Shown piece by piece: positions 8,375 to 17,581 of a stretch of 44,622 bases of DNA. Every line of letters starts with the position of its first letter. Within the stretch, counting starts at the first letter, position 1. Source of the stretch: Kagunavirus BCH953P1; the sequence record OZ035754.1; one strand, 5' to 3'. The notes under the pieces are model-generated. The model saw only the letters and a list, made by a program, of their open reading frames with translations. It had not been told where the DNA came from and did not search any database. The position numbers were made by a program, and so were the translations under genes.

Positions 8375-8989
8375 ATGGCTAAGACTAAAACAGAGATGTT
8401 TACCCTTATCGGTGCGAATCTTCCGGATAACACCGCCGGAGCTATTACACCTGCGAAGCTACGCGAAGTAATGACCCAGATGGCGGATTCGCCTATTTAC
8501 GCCACTCCCGGTGTTAAAGAGGTTGAAGTTCTCCGCGCTGCGTCGACAGTAACACAAGCGCCTACCGCAGTAGATACAGCATTGCAGGTATCGTTCGGCT
8601 CTGCTCAGGGAAGCGCATCTGACCCGGTAATGATTAATGCTGCAGGGCTTGTTACGTTCAACACCGCAGGTAACTATGCTGTTCGCATCAAGTTACAGGC
8701 TGGGCGCACAGGGGCCAGCGGCACATCCATCCTTTTATCGCGCATTCTTCTGAACGGTTCTCAGTACGGGTCACCCGCAGCTACTAAACTGGTAAGCGCC
8801 GATATTACAATCCCGATTGAGTCTCGCGTAGTTATTAACCCGACCGCAGGCCAGACGTTTGCCGTTCAGATTATGCGGGATAGCGCCGGGAGTGACTTTG
8901 GCGGCGTATATCCGCAAGCGGCTACTGTAACTGCATGGGGTACAGCGCCTTCTGCGCTACTGGTTATCTCGAGACTGGAGGCCGCGTAA
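8375..8989 (+). CDS. hypothetical structural protein
   Basis: 204 aa track ORF tightly packed in the neck cluster. Confidence 0.45.
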   Translation: MAKTKTEMFTLIGANLPDNTAGAITPAKLREVMTQMADSPIYATPGVKEVEVLRAASTVTQAPTAVDTALQVSFGSAQGSASDPVMINAAGLVTFNTAGNYAVRIKLQAGRTGASGTSILLSRILLNGSQYGSPAATKLVSADITIPIESRVVINPTAGQTFAVQIMRDSAGSDFGGVYPQAATVTAWGTAPSALLVISRLEAA

Positions 8990-9348
8990 TGGGTACAGCT
9001 TTCAGCAAACGTATGCAAGGCGTGGGCACGCGCCTGCTAACCAAATTTGGTAGCACGGTATCTCTGATTCGCGCCGGCTCGAAAGTATGGGATGAAGTTC
9101 TCGGCGAGTACGTCTGGTCCGCGGATGAAGTGTTGCCGTTGAAGGCCGTTCCGGTTCCGGTAAACGCGGGACTGGTAAACGGTACGACGATTCAGGCTGG
9201 TGACATGATTGTTAAAGCCAATCACAGCGTCGTTCCGAAGATGGAAGACAAGGTGCAATTCGGAGGCGAGCAATGGTCTGTCGTAGCCATCGAGAAGAAG
9301 ATGGTTAACGATGATGTCGTGGCATACTTTATCCAGGTGAGAAAATGA
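8989..9348 (+). CDS. putative head-tail joining / head closure protein
   Basis: Start at internal ATG overlapping upstream stop (TAATG); 119 aa. Confidence 0.45.
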   Translation: MGTAFSKRMQGVGTRLLTKFGSTVSLIRAGSKVWDEVLGEYVWSADEVLPLKAVPVPVNAGLVNGTTIQAGDMIVKANHSVVPKMEDKVQFGGEQWSVVAIEKKMVNDDVVAYFIQVRK

Positions 9349-9740
9349 GTTTCGCGCTCGATGTCTCTAAGTTCGTGGAAAAGGCGAAGAAGAATCCCGA
9401 GAAGGTGATTCGTCAGGTGTCTATCAAGCTGTTTTCCGCTATTATAAATGCGAGTCCAGTAGATACGGGTCGCTTTCGTATGAACTGGATGGCATCTGGT
9501 GGCACTCCTGCTTTCGGAACTACAGACGCTACGGATAAATCAGGAAACACGGCAACAGGAAACGCTACAAGTTTCGTACTGAAAGCCACCGACTGGCGCG
9601 AGTTCACGCTGACTAATAACCTGCCGTATGCGCAACGGCTGGAGTACGGTTGGTCGCAACAGGCTCCACAAGGCATGGTCAGGACTAATGTGTCACGCTT
9701 CCAGCAACTAATTAACGAAGAAGCCAACAAGGTGAAATGA
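9345..9740 (+). CDS. HK97 gp10-like neck / tail-completion protein
   Basis: 131 aa; motif PVDTGRFRMNW resembles the HK97 gp10 family signature; ATGA overlap with upstream gene. Confidence 0.5.
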   Translation: MSFALDVSKFVEKAKKNPEKVIRQVSIKLFSAIINASPVDTGRFRMNWMASGGTPAFGTTDATDKSGNTATGNATSFVLKATDWREFTLTNNLPYAQRLEYGWSQQAPQGMVRTNVSRFQQLINEEANKVK

Positions 9741-10153
9741 TGGGCTACTTTGAGGACTTAACAAAAGCGTTCGATGTGCCGCTGGTAGCCTTCGGAACCA
9801 CCAACGGCATCAGGGTAGCGCTTGAAAATATCGACGCGCCGACGTCAACCGATACGCCGTATCTGGCAAGTTACATGTTGCTGGCGGATACGGAACAGGC
9901 TGACCTATTCTTCACCGAGCAACGCGCCGGTGTTTATCAGGTCGACATTAACTACGCATCGGTGAAAGGTAGCGCGCCAATCAATAAAATGGCAGACTTA
10001 CTCAACACGGCGTTTAAAGCAGGTAAGTCATTTTCACGTAACGACATCTGCGCCGAGGTTCAATCGGTTAGCCTGGGGCCGCTGATTGTAGAAAACGGAT
10101 GGGCCAAACGACCATTGTCAATTAACTTTATTGCATTCACCAAGAGGCTGTGA
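9737..10153 (+). CDS. putative tail terminator / tail completion protein
   Basis: 138 aa; directly upstream of the major tail gene; ATGA overlap. Confidence 0.45.
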   Translation: MMGYFEDLTKAFDVPLVAFGTTNGIRVALENIDAPTSTDTPYLASYMLLADTEQADLFFTEQRAGVYQVDINYASVKGSAPINKMADLLNTAFKAGKSFSRNDICAEVQSVSLGPLIVENGWAKRPLSINFIAFTKRL

Positions 10154-10155
10154 AT

Positions 10156-11322
10156 ATGGCTACAACTCCTTTTAAGGGCGCGAATACCGCGCAATTCTAT
10201 GTGGCGGAAACTACCCCGGGCGTAACACCGACTAACCCGGTCTGGTCGCCGTTGCGTAACACAGGCGGCGTCCCTGCTATTACCCGAGACACGCTGACAT
10301 CCAACGAACTGGACGGCAGCCGCGAAACTACATCCATCCGCACCGGTAACAAACAGGTTAGCGGAGAATACGCCATCGAGCTTAGTTCGAAAAGCCAGGA
10401 TGACTGGCTGGCAGGTGCCTTAGGCTCTGCGTGGCAATCAGGTGTATCCTTGACTGACCTGTCAATTACCGTCGCACCGGCGGGCAAGACGTTCACCCGT
10501 GCTGATGGCAGCTTTATTTCTGATGGCGTTGAAGTGGGCGACCTGATCGCGTTCACCGACTTAACGGGCGACAACGCTAAACCGTTCATCGTAACCGAGG
10601 TAAGTGCGACTGTTGTCACCGGCGCTGGTATCCAACATACTCTGACCACTGAGACAGTAACTACCGCCGCTAAGACCGGAGACAAACTGGAAACCGGTAG
10701 CCAGTGTAAGACGTTCTCTATCCTCACCTGGTACAAAGGACAGTGCGGCGGCGCCAGCGCATACACGTTGACCAAAGGCGTAGAAGTTTCTGGGTTCACA
10801 GTTGAACAGGCTGTTAATGCGATGGTAACAGGCAGCTTCCCGTTTATCGGGCGTACCCAGGAGATTCTTACCGAGCCACCGTCTGGCTCTGATTTCTCCT
10901 CTGTTATGTTCGAGGATGAGCCGTTCTCCTCTGTTGACGTTTCCGTGTTTGATGGCTCTACGCCGTTACGCTGTGATAGCCTGACCATCACCAACGATAA
11001 CAGCGCGTCCGCACAGTTCGAACTCGGCAACACTAACGTAGCGTTTGTGGAGCGTAGCCGCGCGGCTAATACCTTCTCCATCTCCGGTAAGCTGTACGAC
11101 ATGGCGATGATTCAGAAGTTTATCAACGAACAGCAGGTAGAGATTAACTCTATTCTGGCGGGGGTAAATGGGGCTATGTCTTTTAGTTTGAAACGTGCAG
11201 AACTTACAGCAGTCACACCAGAGATTGGCGGGCCCGAGTCAATCACTCAGAGCATAGAAGGCCAGGCTACGGGAAACCAGTACCAGTCGTCTATTGTTAT
11301 CCAGCGTATCACTTACGCATAA
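10156..11322 (+). CDS. major tail protein
   Basis: About 388 aa; SD AAGAGG 8 nt upstream of ATG 10156 (track ORF starts at GTG 10150); followed by strong terminator. Confidence 0.6.
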   Translation: MATTPFKGANTAQFYVAETTPGVTPTNPVWSPLRNTGGVPAITRDTLTSNELDGSRETTSIRTGNKQVSGEYAIELSSKSQDDWLAGALGSAWQSGVSLTDLSITVAPAGKTFTRADGSFISDGVEVGDLIAFTDLTGDNAKPFIVTEVSATVVTGAGIQHTLTTETVTTAAKTGDKLETGSQCKTFSILTWYKGQCGGASAYTLTKGVEVSGFTVEQAVNAMVTGSFPFIGRTQEILTEPPSGSDFSSVMFEDEPFSSVDVSVFDGSTPLRCDSLTITNDNSASAQFELGNTNVAFVERSRAANTFSISGKLYDMAMIQKFINEQQVEINSILAGVNGAMSFSLKRAELTAVTPEIGGPESITQSIEGQATGNQYQSSIVIQRITYA

Positions 11323-11326
11323 AACT

Positions 11327-11351
11327 AAGGCCCCTTTCGGGGCCTTTTTCT
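11327..11351. terminator. terminator hairpin between convergent genes (aggcccc-tttc-ggggcct then ttttc)
   Basis: Seen directly; separates the plus major tail gene from the minus-strand cassette. Confidence 0.6.
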
Positions 11352-11905
11352 TACAAACCTAATTTTAAAGCAATGTCTATAACGTTGGATTTAACGTCAC
11401 CCGGTATGATGTAGGTGTCGTAATCTTCTACACCATCAACGCCGTACAGATAACCGCGGCTGTCCCCCTCAAACGTATAGCCTTCTCGGTGCAAGCGAAC
11501 GATTCTTACATCATGACCCGCGGTGACGATAGGGGTTACTTCGCTGGAGAACCCGCCATCAGACACCACAAAAACTTCGTCGCCGTCGGGCAAGTTTCCG
11601 GCAAGATACTTACCGAAATAATCATCACCGAATACCGGTTTAATGAATTGCTCCGAAATGGCAATCATGAACTGACGACGGGACAACCCATTAAGAAAAC
11701 CCTCTGGCTTTTCTTTCCGCGCCCGGTCGTCGTAGCCGTCGAGAAATTCGTGGTAAGCATCCGGGCCTAACGCTGCCAGAGCAATATTGAACATTGGATT
11801 CTTGAAACTGGTAGTTCCTTTTGCAAAGCCCATTTCTACCAGCGCCATAGCAAGCGTGTCTTTCCCGCAACCCGCAGGGCCATTAAGAATAATTACCTTA
11901 GCCAT
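11351..11905 (-). CDS. P-loop deoxynucleoside monophosphate kinase-like protein
   Basis: 184 aa; N-terminal Walker A LNGPAGCGKDT resembles the T4 gp1 dNMP kinase P-loop. Confidence 0.55.
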   Translation of the reverse strand: MAKVIILNGPAGCGKDTLAMALVEMGFAKGTTSFKNPMFNIALAALGPDAYHEFLDGYDDRARKEKPEGFLNGLSRRQFMIAISEQFIKPVFGDDYFGKYLAGNLPDGDEVFVVSDGGFSSEVTPIVTAGHDVRIVRLHREGYTFEGDSRGYLYGVDGVEDYDTYIIPGDVKSNVIDIALKLGL

Positions 11906-12393
11906 TATTTATCGCTCCCGTGTGATTTTAAGTATGTAGAGTTCCCGTTACAGTCATATTCAGTGACCGCGTGTGTCGTGATTCCTAAGCCGCGGAAATG
12001 CTTTATTACCGCTGGAGAGTCGTCGAATGCGCACAAGATTCTCTCCAGCCCAATAGCACGCAACACCTCTTCTTTAATTACGATGTCTTTTCTGTTGTCG
12101 TGTTTGCTGCGCATTAACAGAACGTCGAACTTGACATTGTTTTTACGTAACCACTCGCGAGTTTCTTCCTCGGCGTCGTCGCTTCGCCCGGTAAGGATGA
12201 TTACGGTCATCCCGGTATGCCACAACGTGTTGCACAAGTGAATGTTGTCATATATCGGCGAATCATCTTTGCAGGCCATGTTAAAAGGCTTCCACGCCCA
12301 GGTTTCGCCGTAGTTATCTTTTGGCAGCAGGTGTAAGCGATGAGTTCCGTCGGCTAATGTTCCATCTAAATCGAAAATCACAATATCTTTCAT
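11905..12393 (-). CDS. HAD-superfamily phosphatase (nucleotidase / polynucleotide phosphatase-like)
   Basis: 162 aa; N-terminal DLDGTL HAD motif I; ATGA-type overlaps with both neighbours. Confidence 0.65.
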   Translation of the reverse strand: MKDIVIFDLDGTLADGTHRLHLLPKDNYGETWAWKPFNMACKDDSPIYDNIHLCNTLWHTGMTVIILTGRSDDAEEETREWLRKNNVKFDVLLMRSKHDNRKDIVIKEEVLRAIGLERILCAFDDSPAVIKHFRGLGITTHAVTEYDCNGNSTYLKSHGSDK

Positions 12394-13520
12394 CCCAGCA
12401 TCTCCGGTGAAATAGTTAAACGTGCGACCTCGCCATATTCGGCGCTATAAGTAATTACATTTGCACTACGGCCTGACATCCATCCGCCGCGAGAGGCGTA
12501 TGCGTCTTTAGCCGCTAAGGTGCGGTGTTGCTCAACAATCATGTTACGGCTTTCTACAATCTTTTGATGGTGCAGGTGGCCTACGTGGGCGTAGCTGTAA
12601 ACACTCTCGCCGAATGCTTTGCGGAACTTGGCAATCATAACCGGTTCGATAGCGTCGAAGCGTGCTTTATGTCCGTGATGGAAGAACAGCGTAGTTTTGC
12701 CGTGTTGTACCATCTTGTAAACATCCGGCGACGTATCGACAACCACTCGGCTGTCGTTCGAATATAAAACTGTGAACATTTCTGCCAGCCACACGGACCC
12801 TACAGGGTCGTGATTTCCTTGCACGATAAGCAAGCGAACGGTTTTATGTTTAACCAGCGCCATATCAACAACACGGCGCACCATACGAATCATGTAGCGG
12901 ACAAGTTTCTGGTAGCGAGTGTCCGCGTCCAACACATGACGTGACTCAGGAGTAACGGCATCCAGACTATCGAAGTGCGCGAAGTCGCCTAGCAGGTTAA
13001 TAACTCCCGTTCCTGCATCCGGTGCTTTCTGAAACGCCGCATCGAACCAACGGGAGAACAGGTCTTCCGCAATTTTCATGTCCCAGTCGTCGCCACTCTC
13101 GTCGGCCCATGCCAGCATACCGAGATGGAAATCAGATACCGTGTAAAGATTGAGTAGCTTGTCGTCGCGTTTAGCGCGAACGGCTTTAACAGGTGCAACG
13201 GGTGTAATCTCTGACTTCATGCCTTCAATTACGGCTTTCATCAACTCTATCTGACGTTCGGCGTCAGTATCGGTCTTAACCCATTGCAACTTAGTGTTGC
13301 CGAACTCGTCCACAAGTGACGACGTGCCTTTAATTTTGTAGCCGTCCGGGACAAGGTGGCTAACGTCGCGCCCGTGGCCTACGCCTTTCTTAGCCAGCTT
13401 CGCTTTACGGATGCGAATAACGCGGTCTGAGATGCCATATTTACGGGCTATATCGATAGTTTTAACTCCGGCGTTCAATTCTTCCTGTAACTGCTCGTCG
13501 GTTATTTTCTTCCGGGCCAT
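12390..13520 (-). CDS. HTH domain fused to calcineurin-like metallophosphoesterase
   Basis: 376 aa; N-terminal HTH-like segment (IARKYGISDRVIRIRK); phosphoesterase motifs GDFAH, GNHD, GHLH. Confidence 0.65.
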   Translation of the reverse strand: MARKKITDEQLQEELNAGVKTIDIARKYGISDRVIRIRKAKLAKKGVGHGRDVSHLVPDGYKIKGTSSLVDEFGNTKLQWVKTDTDAERQIELMKAVIEGMKSEITPVAPVKAVRAKRDDKLLNLYTVSDFHLGMLAWADESGDDWDMKIAEDLFSRWFDAAFQKAPDAGTGVINLLGDFAHFDSLDAVTPESRHVLDADTRYQKLVRYMIRMVRRVVDMALVKHKTVRLLIVQGNHDPVGSVWLAEMFTVLYSNDSRVVVDTSPDVYKMVQHGKTTLFFHHGHKARFDAIEPVMIAKFRKAFGESVYSYAHVGHLHHQKIVESRNMIVEQHRTLAAKDAYASRGGWMSGRSANVITYSAEYGEVARLTISPEMLG

Positions 13521-13558
13521 GCTTACTTCCTCGTGTTTAGGATTTGTCCTATGCTAGC

Positions 13559-13765
13559 TCACTTCTCGTTAACATTCGAGTTGCACGCCCAGATTAAAAT
13601 AAATACCCACGGCAGCAGAATCCAACCAAGAAACAGGTTGGCCATGAATATCGCTAACTTCGCTTTATGGTTACGGAAGTACGCAACCAGGAAAGGTGCG
13701 AAATAAGCGAGAAGTGCAAACAGAATTAAGGAAACCGGTAAACTTGACATTTTAAACCCCTTCAT
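13559..13765 (-). CDS. small membrane protein (two predicted TM helices)
   Basis: 68 aa hydrophobic ORF; first gene downstream of promoter P2. Confidence 0.5.
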   Translation of the reverse strand: MKGFKMSSLPVSLILFALLAYFAPFLVAYFRNHKAKLAIFMANLFLGWILLPWVFILIWACNSNVNEK

Positions 13766-13780
13766 TGTTGGTGTAAGTGA

Positions 13781-13809
13781 ATAGTACCCTATTATATTGG
13801 GGTGCGCAA
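13781..13809 (-). promoter_or_regulatory. sigma70-type promoter P2 (TTGCGC-N17-TACTAT), identical copy of P1
   Basis: Same about 33-nt sequence as at 4236..4264; precedes the minus-strand cassette 13765..11351. Confidence 0.6.
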
Positions 13810-13917
13810 GTAATGTGATAGAATAATTTTGCGCCTAGTGTCGCACACGAAAAGCGGGTGGTTCCCGTCTGGCGCATTTACCCTTAACCTGTAACCTCTT
13901 AACCAAAGGATTAAAGA

Positions 13918-14337
13918 ATGAAACTTTCTGATTTCTATTTCGAAGAGAAAGCACTGGTAGGCAAGAAGATGCCGATTCTGCTACCAAACGGCGAAGACTC
14001 CGGTGAGTGGCTTAATGTTGTAAGTCCGGATGCCGATGTCGCCGTTAAAGCGGGGCGTGCTTTCATTATCGCATACCGTCGCGGGCTGGCGCGTTTCGAA
14101 GAACTGGAAAAAGCTGCCAAAGAATCCGGCGACTATACTGAATATAACCTGGCGATTAATGAGCTAGCGGAAGACCTCAACCGGCAACTCGCGGCGGAAG
14201 TCGTAAACGGCTGGAGCTTCGACGACGAGCCTTTCTCTAAGGAAGCGTTTAACAAATTGCTCGACCAGTTTAAAGGGCTTGGAACCCAGGTAGCAGCGTT
14301 CCATAACGCTGAGCGCAAAGCATTACAGGAAAAGTAG
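13918..14337 (+). CDS. tail assembly chaperone (G-like)
   Basis: 139 aa immediately upstream of the tape measure gene; SD AAGGA. Confidence 0.55.
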   Translation: MKLSDFYFEEKALVGKKMPILLPNGEDSGEWLNVVSPDADVAVKAGRAFIIAYRRGLARFEELEKAAKESGDYTEYNLAINELAEDLNRQLAAEVVNGWSFDDEPFSKEAFNKLLDQFKGLGTQVAAFHNAERKALQEK

Positions 14338-14702
14338 ACGCGCTGTACAGGTTCGCCACCTACGAGTTCGTTGATAAGCATAAAATCAGAGAGTTTGATT
14401 CTATAGCTGACGGACACGAACAGGCGCTTATCGCGATGGGTGTAATCGATAAGAAAAAACGTGCAGCGCGACGGGGTGGGCCAGAATGCCCGCCCCTTTT
14501 TATATCCACCTTTGAGACGTACTGTGACATTAAGTTTACGCGACACGTGCGCGAGGACGCTGTAGTATTGTTTGCAAGAGAATCCGTTACGTGGCAAGAC
14601 CTGAAAGCCTATCTCGATGTTACGCAAAAACAGCTTAGCCTGTTCGAGATAGACATTATCATGGGCTTAGAAGCAATCTTTGAAGGTAGAAATCATGGCT
14701 GA
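14313..14702 (+). CDS. tail assembly chaperone -1 frame extension (T-like domain, expressed as a G-T fusion by programmed frameshift)
   Basis: The -1 frame is open from 14313 to 14702 and overlaps the last codons of the chaperone gene; A-AAG slippery context (GGAAAAG) at about 14328..14334; canonical position before tape measure. Confidence 0.5.
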   Translation, partial: AQSITGKVDALYRFATYEFVDKHKIREFDSIADGHEQALIAMGVIDKKKRAARRGGPECPPLFISTFETYCDIKFTRHVREDAVVLFARESVTWQDLKAYLDVTQKQLSLFEIDIIMGLEAIFEGRNHG

Positions 14703-16968
14703 TACCGCTAGCTTGATAGTACGAGTATCTTCGACCGGCGTCGATAAAACCACATCACAACTGAACGGGCTTACCAAAGCCGCAGGTGCCGCCGCGGCTG
14801 CCGTTGTCAGTCTGGAAACCGCTAAGCAGGTGTTCAGCGCGCTGGTGGACTCTCAGCGCAACTTCGATAAGCTGAACTCCGGCCTCATCACAATGACCGG
14901 TAGCGCTGAGAACGCGGCTAAGGCTTTCAGCGTCCTGCAACAGTTCGCAAAAGAAACCCCGTATGGTCTCAATCAGGCGGTAGAAGGTTTCACTAAGCTG
15001 GTTGCCCTAGGCCTGAACCCCAGCAAAGAGGCGTTAATCTCCTACGGCAATACCGCTGCCGCGATGGGTAAAGACCTTAATCAGATGATTGAGGCCGTAG
15101 CGGACGCCAGTACATTTGAGTTTGAACGACTAAAAGAGTTTGGCATCAAGTCGTCACAGCAGGCGGATACCGTTTCTTTCACGTTCCGCGGCGTAACAAC
15201 TACTGTCAAAAAGAACTCCGAAGAGATTCAGAAATACCTGCTAAACATCGGTAACACTGATTTCGCCGGGGCGATGGAGACGCGTTCGAAGACCTTAGAT
15301 GGTCAGTTATCCAGCCTGGCGGACTCTTTCGATGGCCTTGTTCTTGCGGTAGCGCAATCCGGTTTTGGCGATGCCGTAGGTGAGCAGGCCGCGATGGCAG
15401 AAGACGCAGTAACGGCGCTTACCGACGCCATCGCGTCTAATGAGATAGCTGCCACACTCCAGGACTGGGCGACGCTGTTCAATGAGTCGTTCAAGTTTAT
15501 TTCTGACGCCTTGAATGACCTGGCATACGACACCGAGGACAAATCCGCAGACATGTCTGACTCGCTGGGGACTATACCGGATGCTATCCGTGAGTGGTTG
15601 CCTGAGATTCAAAGAATAGCGAAGGATATGTATGTAGAGTTCCAGGCTATTGACATGCAAGCGGCGCTTCTGGCGCAGTCTATTAAAGCCGCCTTCACCC
15701 CAGGTGAAACGGCGGCGGGTACATTTGCCGCGGGTCAGGCCGCCGTTCAGTTCTTCAAAGACACTGAAAAGGCGAAAAACAAGGCTGAGGCGGACGGGAT
15801 AACCCAACGCTCGAAGCAGCGTAAGAAAGAAATTGAGGAACAGCGCAAGCAGTACGACGAGCGCAAGAAGCAAGAAATTGACTTAGCCAGCCTTGTTAAT
15901 AAAAAAGGTGGAACTGGCGGCACCGGTAACGCCGACGATAAAGCGGCAAAAGCAGCCGCTAAGAAAGCTGAGCAATTGCGAAATCAGGCGCAGGATTACC
16001 TCGACACTTTGGCCCGTCAGAACAACGACGAGTTAAAGGCTATTGACGCGCAGGAACAGCAGAAACTGGCTAAAGCAAAAGAGTTCTACAGCCAGGGTGC
16101 GTTGTCTCTGAAAGAATACGAACAAGCTAAAACAGCTATCGTCCTCGAAGCCGGACAAAAACGGCAAGATGAACTGGATAAACGCCAGAAAGAAGCCCTG
16201 GAAAAGCAGCAGAAAGGTGACGACTTCATGGCCCAGATTATGGGCCAGAACGCTACTGAGCTTGAGCTTCTCGACATCCAGGAACAGCAGAAACTGGCGG
16301 TAGCCGATAAGTACCGGGAGCAAGGGCTTATTAGCGAGAAGCAGTATCAGGCCGCGCTTAACGCCATCAACGAGCAATATGCCACCAAGCGCGCCGACGC
16401 AACGGCAACCGCCTTCGGTAACATGGCCTCAAACATCGGGTCTGCGTTGGGGGAGGCTTCCGGTGCGTATAAGGCATTCGCTATCGTACAGGCCACTATC
16501 GCCACGTACACCGCAGCTATTGAGGCGTACAAGTCAACGGCTGCTATCCCTGTTGTTGGCCCGTTCCTTGCCCCTGTAGCCGCTGCCGCTGCCGTTGGGG
16601 CGGGTATGGCGCAGGTTTCCGCTATCAGGTCTGCGCGTGAGCAGGGGGGCCAGTTATCCGCGGGGCAGGCTTCCACCATCGCCGAACGCGGTAAACCCGA
16701 AGTTATCATGCCCGCTGGCGCATCGCGTGTGCGCACCGCGCAGCAGATGAAAGAAATTATGGGGCAAAACGGGTCTTCTTCCGGACCATCTAATGTTACT
16801 ATCGTAAACAACACGAGTTCTCAAATCGGCAATGTATCCACCGAACAGGATGATGAGGGCCGTCTGCGTATCATCATAGAAGAGCAAGTTGCTGCATCTT
16901 TGCAGAACAGCAACAGTAAGATTAGCAAGGCCCGCAAGGCCACAAGAAATGCGCCGGGGTTTAAATAA
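14680..16968 (+). CDS. tail tape measure protein
   Basis: 762 aa, coiled-coil rich with internal repeats and hydrophobic C-terminal segment; follows chaperones. Confidence 0.85.
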   Translation: MKVEIMADTASLIVRVSSTGVDKTTSQLNGLTKAAGAAAAAVVSLETAKQVFSALVDSQRNFDKLNSGLITMTGSAENAAKAFSVLQQFAKETPYGLNQAVEGFTKLVALGLNPSKEALISYGNTAAAMGKDLNQMIEAVADASTFEFERLKEFGIKSSQQADTVSFTFRGVTTTVKKNSEEIQKYLLNIGNTDFAGAMETRSKTLDGQLSSLADSFDGLVLAVAQSGFGDAVGEQAAMAEDAVTALTDAIASNEIAATLQDWATLFNESFKFISDALNDLAYDTEDKSADMSDSLGTIPDAIREWLPEIQRIAKDMYVEFQAIDMQAALLAQSIKAAFTPGETAAGTFAAGQAAVQFFKDTEKAKNKAEADGITQRSKQRKKEIEEQRKQYDERKKQEIDLASLVNKKGGTGGTGNADDKAAKAAAKKAEQLRNQAQDYLDTLARQNNDELKAIDAQEQQKLAKAKEFYSQGALSLKEYEQAKTAIVLEAGQKRQDELDKRQKEALEKQQKGDDFMAQIMGQNATELELLDIQEQQKLAVADKYREQGLISEKQYQAALNAINEQYATKRADATATAFGNMASNIGSALGEASGAYKAFAIVQATIATYTAAIEAYKSTAAIPVVGPFLAPVAAAAAVGAGMAQVSAIRSAREQGGQLSAGQASTIAERGKPEVIMPAGASRVRTAQQMKEIMGQNGSSSGPSNVTIVNNTSSQIGNVSTEQDDEGRLRIIIEEQVAASLQNSNSKISKARKATRNAPGFK

Positions 16969-17468
16969 TGAGCGACTTATATTTCCCACGTAGCCTTAAG
17001 CCGGTGGTGTCGAAAGGCTACTCAATGACCAGACGCAACAACGTCTGGAGTGTCGATTTAGCGGGCGGCGGTGTACGTCAGGGGCGCGACACATATTACG
17101 ACGTGTTTCCGATAAGCGTAACCCTGATTACATCAGCGCTGGGGCGACAGGCGTTTCTGTCGTTCCTCGAAAAAGTAGACGGCGGCGCGTCAAGTTTCTG
17201 GATGGCGCACGACTTCGGCATGGGTATTGAGGACTATCAGGTAACCATTACGTCCACCATCGCCGAGTCCACCGAAGATGGTATTAACTGGACGATTACT
17301 TTCACGGCAACCGCAGAGAAATCGCCGTTCCAGGATGAAGATAATAAGTGCCTTGTTAACAATCTGCCAGATTTGTATGGCTGTTATGGTGACGGGCTGG
17401 GATGTTTCCTTAAAGCCTACGGAACCGCACAATCAACGTTCCCACGAATTTGGGATCCGATGCAATGA
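16968..17468 (+). CDS. minor tail protein (distal tail component)
   Basis: 166 aa directly after tape measure; TAATG overlap. Confidence 0.5.
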   Translation: MSDLYFPRSLKPVVSKGYSMTRRNNVWSVDLAGGGVRQGRDTYYDVFPISVTLITSALGRQAFLSFLEKVDGGASSFWMAHDFGMGIEDYQVTITSTIAESTEDGINWTITFTATAEKSPFQDEDNKCLVNNLPDLYGCYGDGLGCFLKAYGTAQSTFPRIWDPMQ

Positions 17469-17581
17469 CAGAACAAGAGATAAAAGACCTGAGAGAATAC
17501 CTGAAGGACTGGTATTTAGCCATTAAGAAGGGACGTGATATCGAGAACGCCTACTCTTGGTTACGAGGGTATGTGTCATGA
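17465..17581 (+). CDS. hypothetical small protein (38 aa)
   Basis: Short ORF read from sequence, ATGA overlaps at both ends. Confidence 0.25.
   Translation: MTEQEIKDLREYLKDWYLAIKKGRDIENAYSWLRGYVS

Noticed and set aside
10197-11102. 301-aa minus-strand ORF antisense to the major tail gene
   Set aside because: Same reasoning; low-complexity Ser/Val/Pro-rich translation, embedded in a late gene
13559-13765. Assignment of the 68-aa membrane protein to a specific superinfection-immunity family
   Set aside because: Only generic two-helix hydrophobicity is visible; I cannot match a specific family from memory, so it is left as a small membrane protein
15307-16814. Minus-strand ORFs (188, 114 and 155 aa) inside the tape measure gene
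   Set aside because: Antisense frames of a long repetitive gene; no start context
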